From positions 3,082,646 through 3,146,645 of the forward strand of contig NW_019091355.1 of the NCBI RefSeq assembly GCF_001949145.1: 64,000 bases of DNA, read 5' to 3'. The notes under the pieces are model-generated. The model made no database searches. It saw nothing but the letters and a program-made list of their open reading frames with translations, and was not told the DNA's origin. The translations under genes and the position numbers were made by a program. Source of the stretch: Acanthaster planci. Lineage: Eukaryota. Positions 14,080 to 26,345 of the stretch are shown in pieces (within the stretch, counting starts at the first letter, position 1; each line of letters starts with the position of its first letter).

Positions 14080-14949
14080 GCCAAGCCGACGTCATCCCTT
14101 ACACTTTCAAGAGTAGTGCTTAAAGCTCATTGCGCAATCCCAGGGGGTCATGCCCCACTCTTTTGTTTCACGTTTTGCTCCAATGTAGTTTCCTACCAAG
14201 TGCACCATTTTTGTTCCTTATTACTTTGTAACGGAATGTGTGTTAACTCGTCCACTTTGTCCCTCTGGCAAGCCGCGCCAATGCCGATGCCGCCATTCTC
14301 CCTAGGAAAAAAAAAGAGCAAATGAACAATTTGTTGAGTTCACTCGACCTCGTCACGATAATGTCACACCTTCGACGCGGGGAAATAAAAGCCCGACAAC
14401 AGAGTAACCAGCCAGCACGGAGGCAGAACCGTGATAGGTCGTCTCGATCCCTCAGGGCTAGTGGGTATAAGCGTGAAGCACGGAGGGACTGTACTCTCAA
14501 GCGGAACCCGACAGGTTCCTCATGTTTCCACGGTTTTTCAGCTTGAACATTGGTTGAAGAGAAAAAAGCTTTTTTACAACATATTTGAAGCGATGACACG
14601 CATCAAGGTAGCTTTTCGTGACGCTCGCCGACGAATCTGTGTTCTCTCATTAATCCGACTAACGTGAGATACTGGTGCTGCGTGGTCACGCGATATCTCT
14701 TCTCCTTAAAAACCGATTCAAAATGCTTCCCGTATTTCTGTTGCATATTTTGAGGCGGTCTTGTGTCCTGGTCTGTGCAGGTTTACTGCCGTATAGCCCA
14801 ATATTGAAAATAATGGCACCACATTCTTCTCCTAGGCAATGAATTTCTTTAATGCAATTCTCACAGTACTCTTTCGTATCACAGTTACTGACCTAATTTT
14901 TAAGTTTTTGTTGTGCCATTTAGGTATTTGATATCACTGGATTTTCACT

Positions 14950-15420
14950 TTCTTACAGATTTGCATGTAATGAGCAGAGTTGTGATCTCATCCAAGACAG
15001 AAACTTCAGTGGCAAAAAAGTACTTCTGCACTGAAATTTGTCCGAATTCTGGAAATTTTGCTGTTGTAAATTTGTGTTTACTTCGATGATTCGTTGTTTC
15101 ATGAAAGTAGGCCGGTGAACATGTTTTTCTCACCAATACTATTTCAAACAGCGAGCACATTTGGGGGCATACAGGTTGAACAGAGAGCAGAGGAGAAATT
15201 CGCGACAACCGCTTTCACCGTCAAAAGGCCTATTCTCATGCAATAATCATGAAAAGTAAATGAAAAGATAAGGTTCTCGCCGAATATTATTATTCCACCA
15301 TCATATCTTGGCGTGGGGTCATTTTCATTCATATCGTCGACCCTCAAAGGTAGTCTGACGGCCATTACAGTTTCATAATCACATTCAAATGGGAGTAGAA
15401 ATCCTTCGAAAGCCATCCAT
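14950..15420 (-). mobile_element. Very degraded CR1/L2-group LINE 3' coding remnant
   Basis: Broken frames FHDYC and SPAYFHETTNHRSKHKFTTAKFPEFGQISVQ resemble the post-RT C-terminal region of CR1/L2-group ORF2. Weak, by-eye similarity. Confidence 0.35.
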
Positions 15421-16049
15421 CACTGTGTTGCCTTTTTCCCCGAAGGTCAAAATATGGTTGAAGGGGGATTACGATGGCAAACAAGCAGGTCAAGTCTCAA
15501 CACAATGGCGGCTGTCTAGGAAATTGATGGTGTTTTTGCTCATTTCTGGGGAGACGCTCGTAACTATAGGTTTGGCTCAATGGGACCAGATGGCTGATAT
15601 AAAACACGGTGAGGAATATTTTAATGATGGATGTAACTGTCATATTTTTTTGGCAACCCCTGTTTTAAAATAGTGTCGAAGCTGTTGGTACTCTAGTGGC
15701 GGAAATGCGATGAACATACGCAGTTGGCTGCTCCTGGTGAGCGTTCAAAATTTGTCCCTGGTGCGGTGCGCCCAGACGGTATCAGATCCGGTGGTTTGAT
15801 GTTTGGGTCGTTGCGGCTGTACTGCTAGCTTTCGTATTTCGTTCTTGATGGGCCTGCATCGATTGGTTGGATGGAACATCCGGCGTGCATTACGTGCATG
15901 CCAGCTTGTTCGGCAGTCAATGCAACTCGGTGTTAAGGTGATGAATATTCATGCCTTCCGATAAACATGTTGACCTCTGACTTGGCTGAAACTTTTCGTT
16001 GAAAAACCTGGTATTGGCACGCGTATGGTGTCTATATAGGGGCGGTTTC

Positions 16050-16450
16050 GTATAACTACAACGTGGTGTTTATGTAACACCACGTAGGGTAGCCCCTTTG
16101 TAGCGTTTACCGGTATTGAAATGCTGTGCTGTTCCTGGTTCAACTTTGTCCTCGCACGTAAGGAATATTTGGGCGCAAAACAGGAACTGATAAGCCTAGA
16201 TTGTTGTCTCGTCAGATAGATCTGGGCTGTCATCAAGAATATCTTATACAAACTGATGACTGATATTTTGTGCAGGTGGGATTTTTCGGGATTTTTTCTT
16301 GATCGAACAGGATTTTCGACCTCAAATTCCAGACTTGTTGAGGTTTAACCATTCAGGTTTTGCACTTTGCACCAAAAGCCCAAGTGCAAAAATGCCATCA
16401 TTCTCTTTTCGGAAGGAACTTGGGCCTCGCTTACCATTGAAAGCCCTGAA
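16050..16450 (-). mobile_element. Very degraded CR1/L2-group LINE 3' remnant
   Basis: YKIFLMTAQIYL...YSLRA...SISIP resembles the MYKIL..TAP.YL...YSLR....L.IP C-terminal motif. Weak. Confidence 0.3.
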
Positions 16451-16656
16451 AAGTACAAGAATTTTATTTTTGGTCAATGTTCAATGTACTCTTCGTACCT
16501 AAACATCACCCATATATCTGATCTCACTCGTAGGAGACTTGTACGTACCTGCAAACAAAATAACTTACGTAACACGAGCTCGAGAGAGCCCGTATTCCAA
16601 CCTTAGCTAAGCCCCAGTTGCTGATGGTCGCGTTACACTTTAATCAAGGACGGCCA

Positions 16657-19310
16657 TCTTCTTTCGTATGGGGCAGCAGCAGCTAGGTTGTGTTTGAAAG
16701 GGTCTCTAACCACCTCGTGGTGGCAGGATTGGGTTCATTGAGGTCCCGCTCTTTGGGAGGTCGAAGTTCAGGGCACTCTATCAGGATGTGTTGAGCCGTC
16801 TGTCCTGGTGCACCACACTGACAGACAGCTGATGAGCGTAGTCCCCACTGGTGCATGGCCGAATTGAAACGGTTCACATCAGTCCGAATCCGGTTTAGCG
16901 ATACCTACTCTCTGCGAGGAAGGTTCGAGCCCGGGGGAAAAGTCGTCTTGGGTGCACTGTGAATTGTGCTGGATGTGTAGTTTCCTCCTAGCTTTCTTCC
17001 CAGGACTGCAGGAGGCTGAAGTCGGAGTCTCTCAGCTTCGCTGCATGGCGGGAGAAAGGTCTCCTGGACTTCAAGCATTGAGGGATAACCTGGACTCTCT
17101 CAACAATGCTGTTGAGAAGGTGGCTGGAGTCACTGGCTGCCTTGGTAACCAACCTATAAGTGTTTCGTTCTCTTCGCAGGTGCGCTGGGGTAATGCCTGA
17201 CTGCACTGGGAAGTATTTTGTTAGAGTGGGACGAAGAGAGCTTATGATGAGTCTCAAGGCATTGCGTGAGGCTGTGTTAAGGCTCTTGGTGTGACAGCTC
17301 CCACACCAAACAAGAGAAGCATACTCTGCTGCATTGTAGACTAGTGCCAGGGCACTGGTTCGTATGGTAGCAGTTCTGGCACCCCACGTTGAGCCAGCTA
17401 CACGACGAAGACGGTTAAATCCGAGTGGTCACTTTTGCTGACAGGGACTCCAGATGTTGCTTATATATCAGCTGATGGTCCAGCTTCACCCCGAGGTAGG
17501 TCGGTGTTGCATTATACGTGAGAGGTGTACCATCGAGATTGATAGTGAGCTGACGGATGGCTTCTTTGTTGTTCAGGTGAAATGCTGGCCATGCTCAGTT
17601 TCAGTCTCCAGGTCTTGAAGTACGAAGCAAGTTGTACCAAGTCTGAAGTGAGAGTGCTCTCCACATTTGTCCAGATTCGGTCAGCATGAAGAAGTGCAAG
17701 GTCGTCTGCGTATCCATACTGTCCAGAGACCGTCTGTGGAATATCACTGAACTTTTTAGGCGGCGTGGGCAACTGGTCTGTCCGTCGCTTGTTTTGAGCT
17801 CAAAACTACGATTGGCAAAGATGTTGCCGATAAACTCTACCATTTGACGATCTGGCACCATACGTTGGAGCTTCAGGATCAAGCCCTGGTGCCACATGGT
17901 GTCATAGGCTGCAGTGACGTCGATAAGGATAGCGCCAGCTTTGTGTCCAAACTTGAAGCTGTCTTCGATGTCATTGGTTAGCTTGATGATCTGGTGTACA
18001 GTACCTCGGTCACGGCGAAAACCTGCTTGCTCGTTTGGTAGTTGCGGATTGACGACCGCTTCCAGCCTGGCAAGGAGTAATCTCTCCAGAAGTTTGTAGG
18101 GGACACATAGGAGAGAGATTGGTCTGTATTTCTTTGGGTCATCAGCTGGTTTATTTGGTTTAGGTAGCGCGATGACTGTAGCTTTCTGCCATATCTTTGG
18201 GATAGATTGATTGGTGAGGCAGCAGGAGTAGAATTCCACAAGCCACTGTCGACATCTTGGCCCAAGATATGGCAAGAATTCTGGGAGAATGTGTCAGGCC
18301 CCTGAGCCTTGCCACTCTTGAGTTGGGCCATTGCCGCAGTTAACTCGTTGAGCGAGAAGGGGCCAGATAACCATCCCTCTACGCCTGGAGCTTGCCACAA
18401 GTTGGTGGTTTCATGTTTTCACAGAACGGGAGTGGTTCTTGTCACCATTCTTGAAGTGGCCATTCAAGACAAATTGCTGAGCAATGGAATTAGCTGTCAC
18501 GGGACACGTCTTCGGTGTGGAACTTCTACCAGTGAGGCGGTTGAGAGTTTTCCAAGGAATCGTACTGGAGTGTGTGAAGTCTGTTCCCTGAACTGTTTCC
18601 TCCCATCACTCCCAGCGCTCCATATCGAGGCAGCTGGTCAGTTCGGAGGCTTTTGGCGACGACGATGATTCCACAAGATCAGCGTGCAAGAACTCGTCCT
18701 AGATGGTATCACATTCCTCACCCCAGGTAGGGACGTGACCTTGGCGAAAGCCACGTGGGATCGAATTCTTAGCTGCTCTAATGAGGAGGTTGCAGAACTT
18801 TTAAGTAAGCTTGGTCGATTTTGTGCTCAGCCGGTGTGGGGAGATAATGTGCGTCAGTGTCTTCGAGGTTTGAAAACCTCTCCCTGTCAGCTTTACGGAA
18901 GTTCCACCGTTTCACAGGCTTGGTGGGGACTGATTCTTTAGGGTTTTCTGGAATGATGAGAGATGGCCTGTGCTGAGATTTGGGGAAAGGATTCAGGATC
19001 ATACGGTGTGGTTCAGGTCCTATCATTTCGGTGAAAGCCAGGTCGGGATTTGTAGTCGTATTCCACCTGCCTGAGTGGAAGCTATCAGGTTGCTTGGGAT
19101 CATACAGAAGTTGAAGACCAGCTAGGGATGCCAAGTCCTCTAGTGCGGTGCCATCTGAGTTTGTTGCCTTGTAACCCCATGTGACACTGTGGCAATTGAA
19201 ATCACCAGCATAGATGCAGGGTGCATTAAAGATAGGCAGTGGGTCATCCTGCATTCGAAATGGAGGATTGTAGATGTTAATAATGGTAACACCTTCAACA
19301 TGGGTGACGG
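16657..19310 (-). mobile_element. 5'-truncated, frameshifted non-LTR retrotransposon, probably Vingi (Ingi-related, no RNase H)
   Basis: APE endonuclease motifs (AGDFNCH, FHSGRWNTTTNPDLAF, PKSQHRP). RT motifs (KAQGPD, YRPISLL, QAGFR, AAYDT, YADDLALL, PTYLGVKLD). C-terminal CQCG..QTAQHILIECP zinc knuckle with no RNase H between it and RT. 3' end CATACGAAAGAAGA at 16670-16657. Clade assignment is from recalled architecture; no TSD recognised. Confidence 0.9.
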
Positions 19311-22300
19311 TGACGTCAGCTGACGGGCGTCGCATTGGCCCTGTTCACTTGCGACCGAAAGCGACCACAGAGGTGTTTAAATGGATATGGTTACACGCCC
19401 ACAGAGGATTAACGCTTGGTCGATAAACTTATTAAACACGAAATTGAAGATTATGTTGATGCACTTTTTCCGTATCGTGGTTGGGATTCACCATAGAGAC
19501 TTGCAATTTACATTTTATCTGAATCTGAAAGGAAAACGATTTCTGATGTTTTCCTGGGTAGAAGATTGTTCTGGCCAACTTCATTCTTGTCAAGTTACGA
19601 GTGTGTTCGACGGCCGACGCAGACGTGCCCTACCTTAATCAGACAAGACATTACAATTAGCACTGGGAATTATTGAAGGCGGCATTCCCCGGAAACGTAT
19701 TATTTCTATTGGTTGTCTCGCTTTGGTAGCACAGGGTATCAGATGTAAAGAAAACAACACCCCGAGGCCTGTGTTTGCCAATAGCCCTCTCCGTCGATCG
19801 CGTGTGAGCGCCCCTGTGGTATATTACAGACTTATACAGTTTTTTCAGCCCGGGTTGTCATTGTTGCCATGCTAGTTGTGTACCATGTGTGTATTGTTGG
19901 CGCTGTCTGGATGGATTTCCATGTCCCCCCTTTGTAATAAATCTCACTGCGTGATTGCTCACCTATTCACGAAGAGCGTGAACCCGTGTTCGTGGCTCCG
20001 GTGAGGGTCAAACACAGTGGCGTACAGTTTGTTTGTACTTTTGTAGATTCGGTGTCGGTTTAAGGTGTTTTTCGGGTTCCTTGTTGATAGTTCTTGCAAG
20101 TTCTACCTGACTGTACGGGGTACAATCAGTCATTACATCATCACGTCGATAACCATATAGATCGCAACATTAACAGTTCCCTGCTTCAAGTTTGGAGCAG
20201 TAACCCAGTAGACATGGTGCGGTATTGCTGGTATGGATCCCATTTTAAGTGGTTATATGATGCTAAGTAGAGAAGTATTGCATTGCAATCGTACAACTGC
20301 TGAACTAATTCCCTCTTAAGGTGCATACGTAGAGGGATCCGCACGAGCGATTAGTGTACGCTCAATGTAACGAGCACAGGTTATTAATATAGAGGCCTAG
20401 GCTAGAAAATGCCATCTGTGGAGCTGATACAAACCTAGCTTCAGCGTGCATTAGGGTTAAAAGAGAGGACCAAATCATCCGGCATTCTGTGACACAACAG
20501 CTTTGTTATTGTTTTGTTTCCTTTTACATGTTACCAAGAACAGAAATCGATCCGTCGCACATAATTGCAAATTTTGTGCCCATGCATTTATAAACGAGTG
20601 CCATCTGTAGCCCGCCATTCTTGTTCCAGCTCTGTGACCCCGCGTGCAGTAAACACCGACTCTATCCGAGGGCATCAATTTGTTTCTGTTTGTAACATTT
20701 TTGAAATGACAATTTGTTTGTGTGTGCGTGTGTGTGTGCAGGACTTTGTGGGTCACCGCGTGGCTTCAATGAGGCGTGTTGGCGAGGGTTGATGGGACAC
20801 ACATAGAGTAACGTGCACGACGGATCATCGCTGGTTTGGGGGGGGGCCTCTCGTGGCTCACGGTTACACGAATGCAAATGGCGCATTCGTGAGCAACAGT
20901 GCACTGTCATTCCCAAGACAACACCTCTTGTTACAACTGTCTCAGCCCTAAGATTTGCCAGAATTTAAGGTAAAGGTTTGCCGCATGTAGAGGAGTAACT
21001 AGGGTGAAATTTCTGAGGGACCGGGCACCCGGATGCACACTTATCTCGAGGGAGCACTGGAAGCCAAGTAACAGTACCTTGCACATATATAGGATGTGTA
21101 CATTTCAAAATTTGAAATAGGAAGCACCGAAAGGCACGGAGTTCCGGTTCCCCCGTAGGAAAAAATGGGAAGGAGCAGAGTGTTCTAGGCTGTGCCCTCA
21201 AGGTCCCAGAAAATTCCCACTCCGTTACTGATTTGGATTTGGCATCATTGTGAAGCTAAATGTTAGTATATGTTTGGGTGAAGCGTTGAACTGTCCAGTT
21301 GAACGTGCCATCTTATTGATTTCATCTAGTAGTCTTGCTCTCGGGTCTGACGACTCTGACGATTCTTGACCGTCAATTTTCTGAACTGGCTTTCCCTGAT
21401 TATTCTTTCGTTTATGTACTGACGTCCAGCCATAGCTTTAGTGGCCACTCGCTAGCAAAACTATGACTGTGACGCAGAAAGAGTAAATACTAATTTAAGC
21501 TGAAAAAATCCAGATCAAGACAATGCTGAATAAATAAGAACTCTGCTAGAAACATGTCGCCAGAGGGCGCATCATTTTTACTATATAATTTGCTACTCAA
21601 GACTTTCTTTCTTTTGCATGCGTGCTACGCTAGCCTCATGCGATGGTATCATTTCCTACAGATTGGTCGTAAGTTGCGTTCCTGTAATTGTCTGCTGTTA
21701 TGAAGACAGGAACACTGAAACTTACGAACGCCAAAAGGCGTGAGGGGAAAAAAAAGCTTCCTTCGACGTCCCTATTGATGCACTCCAACCCCATGTTAGA
21801 CCGAAGGGGCTCGTTGCTACAGCGGATGCCGCAGAGCGGTACGAGACCAGCCCCTTGTCTGAGAATTTTTTTTTTATTCTAGCGCCGTGACCGCACCCGT
21901 GCCAGCCCGCCTCCCGATTACGGCAGTTGGCCGCGGTAAGCGGCGGTTCGTCCCAGTCCTTTCACGGGGTGTCCCGGGCCTTGTCCGTGCTCATCCATCA
22001 ACCCAACAGTGGGCTTGCCTCCATATGCGAAACCCTCAGTCGGGTCGCCTGTACTCTTGTGTCCTTTGTATTTAAAAAAAAAAAAAAATCTCCCCAAACT
22101 ATCACAGTACATGGGTTATAAAGAGCAGCCTATGTTATTATTCCCGTGTCCTTCAGTGTGCCAGTCGTGGGAATTGTGTTCAATTTGAAAAAAGAAATCC
22201 CTCTTTTGCTATCAAGGCGACAGTATTGTCCCCAAAACTGATAAAAAAATTACTTTTTGGAAAAAAAAAGAGAAAGTATAGAAGTTACGACTGAGCTTTT

Positions 22301-24432
22301 CGAAAACATGTTTATCATCTTTCACACCATTATTTTTTTTTACACAAATTGCACTTTTGTGAGATTTTCCTCGTTGCTAAAGGTGACTCTCGTTTTGCGT
22401 GCAATTTGTATGAGAGGTCAAAGTTGACAGAAATATCACCCATTGGTTGGTTTTTAGACGTTACCTCAAATTTGTTCAAAGTTGTCATTTGTCTCATTGA
22501 TTTAAATAAGGTTATATTTCATTAAGTCGGTGTATTTTTATCTGGTGTTCTGATGCCAGTGGATTTTTAACACTTTGTGAGCCATTCTTTTATGTTTGTG
22601 CTGACGGCTATTGTAGTTTTAGCAGCCGCTTGTAGGAGAAACACGACCGTGACATCAAAACTAGGCCCTCTTTGAAGTGGTCAGATCGTCAAAAGGGAAG
22701 AAGTTAAGGGGCACCATCAGAGTTCGATTTGGATAGTGGTGTGCCGTCGATGTATCTGCTTGGAATTTTTAATAGTTCATTGTTTTCCAATGCTTTCACT
22801 ATACAACTGTAGCTGCGGTCTCAAAGCATGTTGAGAACAAGTTAATGCAAACACATATTAATATAGGGCCTAGGTAAATTTCAGCCGCTAACCTGCTTTC
22901 TCAAGAAAAACCTGCTTTGCCTAAGCAAACCTTCGGGAGCCGACAGACCCACGATATTATCGGTTGTGGTGTACGTAGACTAGTGAATGATCTACCCTTC
23001 GCAGCACTGAGGAATAGCCCCTCCCCCCAAAAAATAAAACATCTGCAGTGCCCTCAAAGAAATTCAAGAATAAAAACAAATTTTGTTTGTATTCTTGGTT
23101 GTTTTTAAAAGCTTCATGTCGCAGTTTCACTTTCTGTTCTATACTTTGCTTGAGGTTTTGGAGTGAAATTCGTTGCTAATGTGATCACCCTAGAGTAGCG
23201 TAAACGCCTGCTGCTATTTCAGAAAAAAATCCTTCTCACTTCATCCCAAAATGGAGTGATTTCAGGGTTCAATTCCGTCCAAATGTCTCAAAAAAAACAA
23301 GCTCAAAGCTTGGACTGATAAAGCTTTTGTGAAAATTCATAAATCCTTAAGCTTTCTAATTGAGGAAATGCAAATTGTGACTTTAGGCGCATTTACCGGC
23401 CGGTAACTTTGCGCGCGGTGGTCGGTCTCGACTTGAACAGTCCAATCGCGTTCCACCGGCGACCGACACCGGGCTTCAGGACGGCCGCGTTGGGGGCGTG
23501 AAGACAACATCGTGAATCGTGCTTAATCCCCCACGCACCGCAGTCAAGGCCGAGCTGAGTTTCAAAAAGAAAATGAATGGCGGATTACTTCCGATTGGTG
23601 TTCTGGTCTGCTGGTTCGCCCATTGCACAGACCCAATGCACCGTGGCGCGGAACGCGTAATGTGGTAGTATTAGAAGCGCGACTGTGGGTGAGTCTACAG
23701 GCGAATCAAATCGTGTTTACCGCTTGCTAAAAGGCAACATAATGGCGGCATAATCAAAGACATCTCAGCTGAAAAAAAAAACATCGGCGAGGATGATCCC
23801 GTGCAGTTTCGGCGCATTTCCGTGCAATGAGGAATTGAGTTTACATTGTAGGCCTACCACGTGTGGGTGTGTTTTTTTTTTCAAGTTTAAAATGAAAAAG
23901 AGAAAAGGCATCAGGGCCGAAGTGTACTCACAAATTCTTTCCTTACAAATTGTTATGAAAAGCATAATTTCGGTTTAACTTTCAAAAGCGTCTTGACAAT
24001 TCCCATTTTATTTTCATATGTCTTCGTGTTGCTTCATCTTGTTCCCCGTAAGTGGTACTGATTCCTGTATTTGGATCGGCGTTTCATCCAAGGCTGAATG
24101 TTTTAGGACGGCGCAAGAAATGAATGTTTCAGAAAAGGTGATTTGCTTGTTCGTTCTAAGTGAGCTTTATCTGTGTTTTAATATCGGCTTGATGCCCAAA
24201 TCACTTGTTAATGTTTTTGTCCGTTTTAATTGACAATGTTCCGACTTCTCGCGTAATGTGATATGGTGCCATGCTAATACATGTACGTGTTAGGCTCGAG
24301 TTGATAACGCACGGAAGTATGCGTTTTCCCTAGCATAAAACAGACTTCAAGCCTACAAATTTGGCAGTAAATCATGCATTAGAACCTTTCAGAAGTGTTC
24401 CATTAGACGATAGACTAGCCAAAAACGTTAAT

Positions 24433-24498
24433 GCTCTAGGATTCGAACCACGGACATCCTCGATAATCTTTCCTCTTATCCACTGCATTGCACAAGTC
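24433..24498 (-). mobile_element. tRNA-like SINE head remnant
   Basis: Minus strand: A-box-like TGCAATGCAGTGG, then B box GGTTCGAATCC at tRNA-like spacing. Does not fold as an intact tRNA. Confidence 0.5.
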
Positions 24499-26199
24499 AG
24501 CTTGACCAAATTTCCTTTTCCCTCCTTTTGTACACCCACAGCCACGTCACGATGCTGACACTGTTACGTAATTCAGGTGCCTATTATAATGTGATATCGG
24601 TACCCTTCGATCCCTGGCATGTTGCTTTAAAATGCTTCGTTTATAAACATCAGTGCAGTCGGATTGTGTGGCTCAGAAAATGAACATCAGAAGTACCGAA
24701 TTCACTGTAGACGAATCACAGGTTAATGATGATGATGTAATTTATTGCTTTAGTGAGGCTCGTTTCAAGGGTGGGTCCAAATTTTCGGGAGGGGGGACCA
24801 AACCTTTCCTGGAGCCAAGGTTTTGGGGCTGCTAACACGCTTTTGAAAGGAAAGGAAATGAAAAAGACCCAAACACTCGCCTGTCTCTCATTAAAAAGGC
24901 CCCTACCCCCCCCCGATCCGCTCTTGGCTCGGTTAAGGTTGGTTTGTGTTTTGGGTTGGTGTTTGTTCCCCATATTTATCTTCTAAGTGTTTGTTTCTTT
25001 TTATGTCAGTTGTTTATTTCCCTGTCTTCATCTGTCTTTATTTTCCTCCCCCGTCTTGTGTTCCCACCGCTTTCTGTCCGACAGTGCGATATTGTCTGAC
25101 TCTGTGCGGTCGTCCGTATTTCCGGAGACATCGGGAGGCCTGCCTTTCTAAGGGGAGAGGAATAACGACAGGTATCCGTATGAAGTTAATATTCCGGTCA
25201 TAATACCCGAAAGCCTGTGATGCAAATCGTCAGTGGGCCCTTTGTGTTCTGTAGACAGTCATTTATACCCGTGCTGTCACAAAAAGGAGAGGAGGCTGGT
25301 GGAATACACGAGAAACACCCGGTCGTCATTGTGTTTGTAGAATGCGGTCTTCTCTCATCTACGTCGCCGATGATAATACAATTCCCCCCGCTTTCAGAAG
25401 CTGAATCATACTGCCCTCCAAACTCCAAGGGTGATAAACGATTGTTGCATCGGGAGACAGGCGGCAGGACAGAGAGAAGGCTCGTCCCCGACATCATCCA
25501 GCAGATAAAGGCTGTGCATTTTTTAATACCGTTGAACGCCATCAATTTTCGGCAAGACACCCCTACCACCCCCCATCCCCTAAGAAAAAACGCTTCATCT
25601 TTTCCTTCATTATTTCACTCGGCTATCGCGCGGTTATCTTTCGTTCAGCCTTGAAAGTGCTTTGAATAGAAGGTGCTTGGGCGCACCGTGAAACGCGACA
25701 CTTTGCGTTGTGTGTTTGCCGCAAATTAACTCGCTTTAACTCTGTTTTTTTTGTGTGTGTTTGTTTGTGTGAGTTGGATCCCGCGGCATTGGTCCTGTCT
25801 GGAAATATTGTAGGGAATGTGTCTGAAATACTTTGGCCTTGTGCAGCAAGCGAATTGTGGGGGACTGAAATCATAGCTTGCAATTACTGTCGCCTTCTCG
25901 TCTGTAATGCTTACAAAGGTCAGGCTTTGTGGACCTCATCGAAAAAAGACACTTCTGAAACTGTTCATAACCTTTGTGTGACGGTTACAAGGGGCCTGGT
26001 TATCGTCGAGTCCAGGTTGTAAAACACTGTTTACTTCTCCAACGGAATTTGCCCAGAAATTCTTGTGACCAATAAAGCAAGCATAATTTCTGTCGCAGCG
26101 TGGCGCAACGGGTCGGTGTCGTATCTCCGGTTTCCCTGGAATGAAAGGACTTGGAACATTAAATAACATTTCATTTTCCTCAAGAGTTAAGAATACAAT

Positions 26200-26345
26200 G
26201 GTACAAGCACTTGTACCACTTAGTGAAGAGAGACAAGTTGGTGTAAAGTGGCTTGCCCATGGCCACAAAACTATGGTCAGCAGCGGTATTCGAACCTCTA
26301 ACGCTTCAATGAGACCGACGAGTCTGTACTTACATCAGTTAGCTT
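26200..26345 (-). mobile_element. tRNA-derived SINE remnant
   Basis: Minus strand has B box GGTTCGAATACC (26296-26285) followed by GTGGCCATGGGCAAGCCACTTTAC, resembling the SINE core motif GTGYCCTTGGGCAAGGCACTT. Confidence 0.65.

Noticed and set aside
8275..14325. Apparent paralogous small proteins (MPC.NTLFSMD...HSRDGGRYA)
   Set aside because: Both are translations of the same MITE core, not genes.
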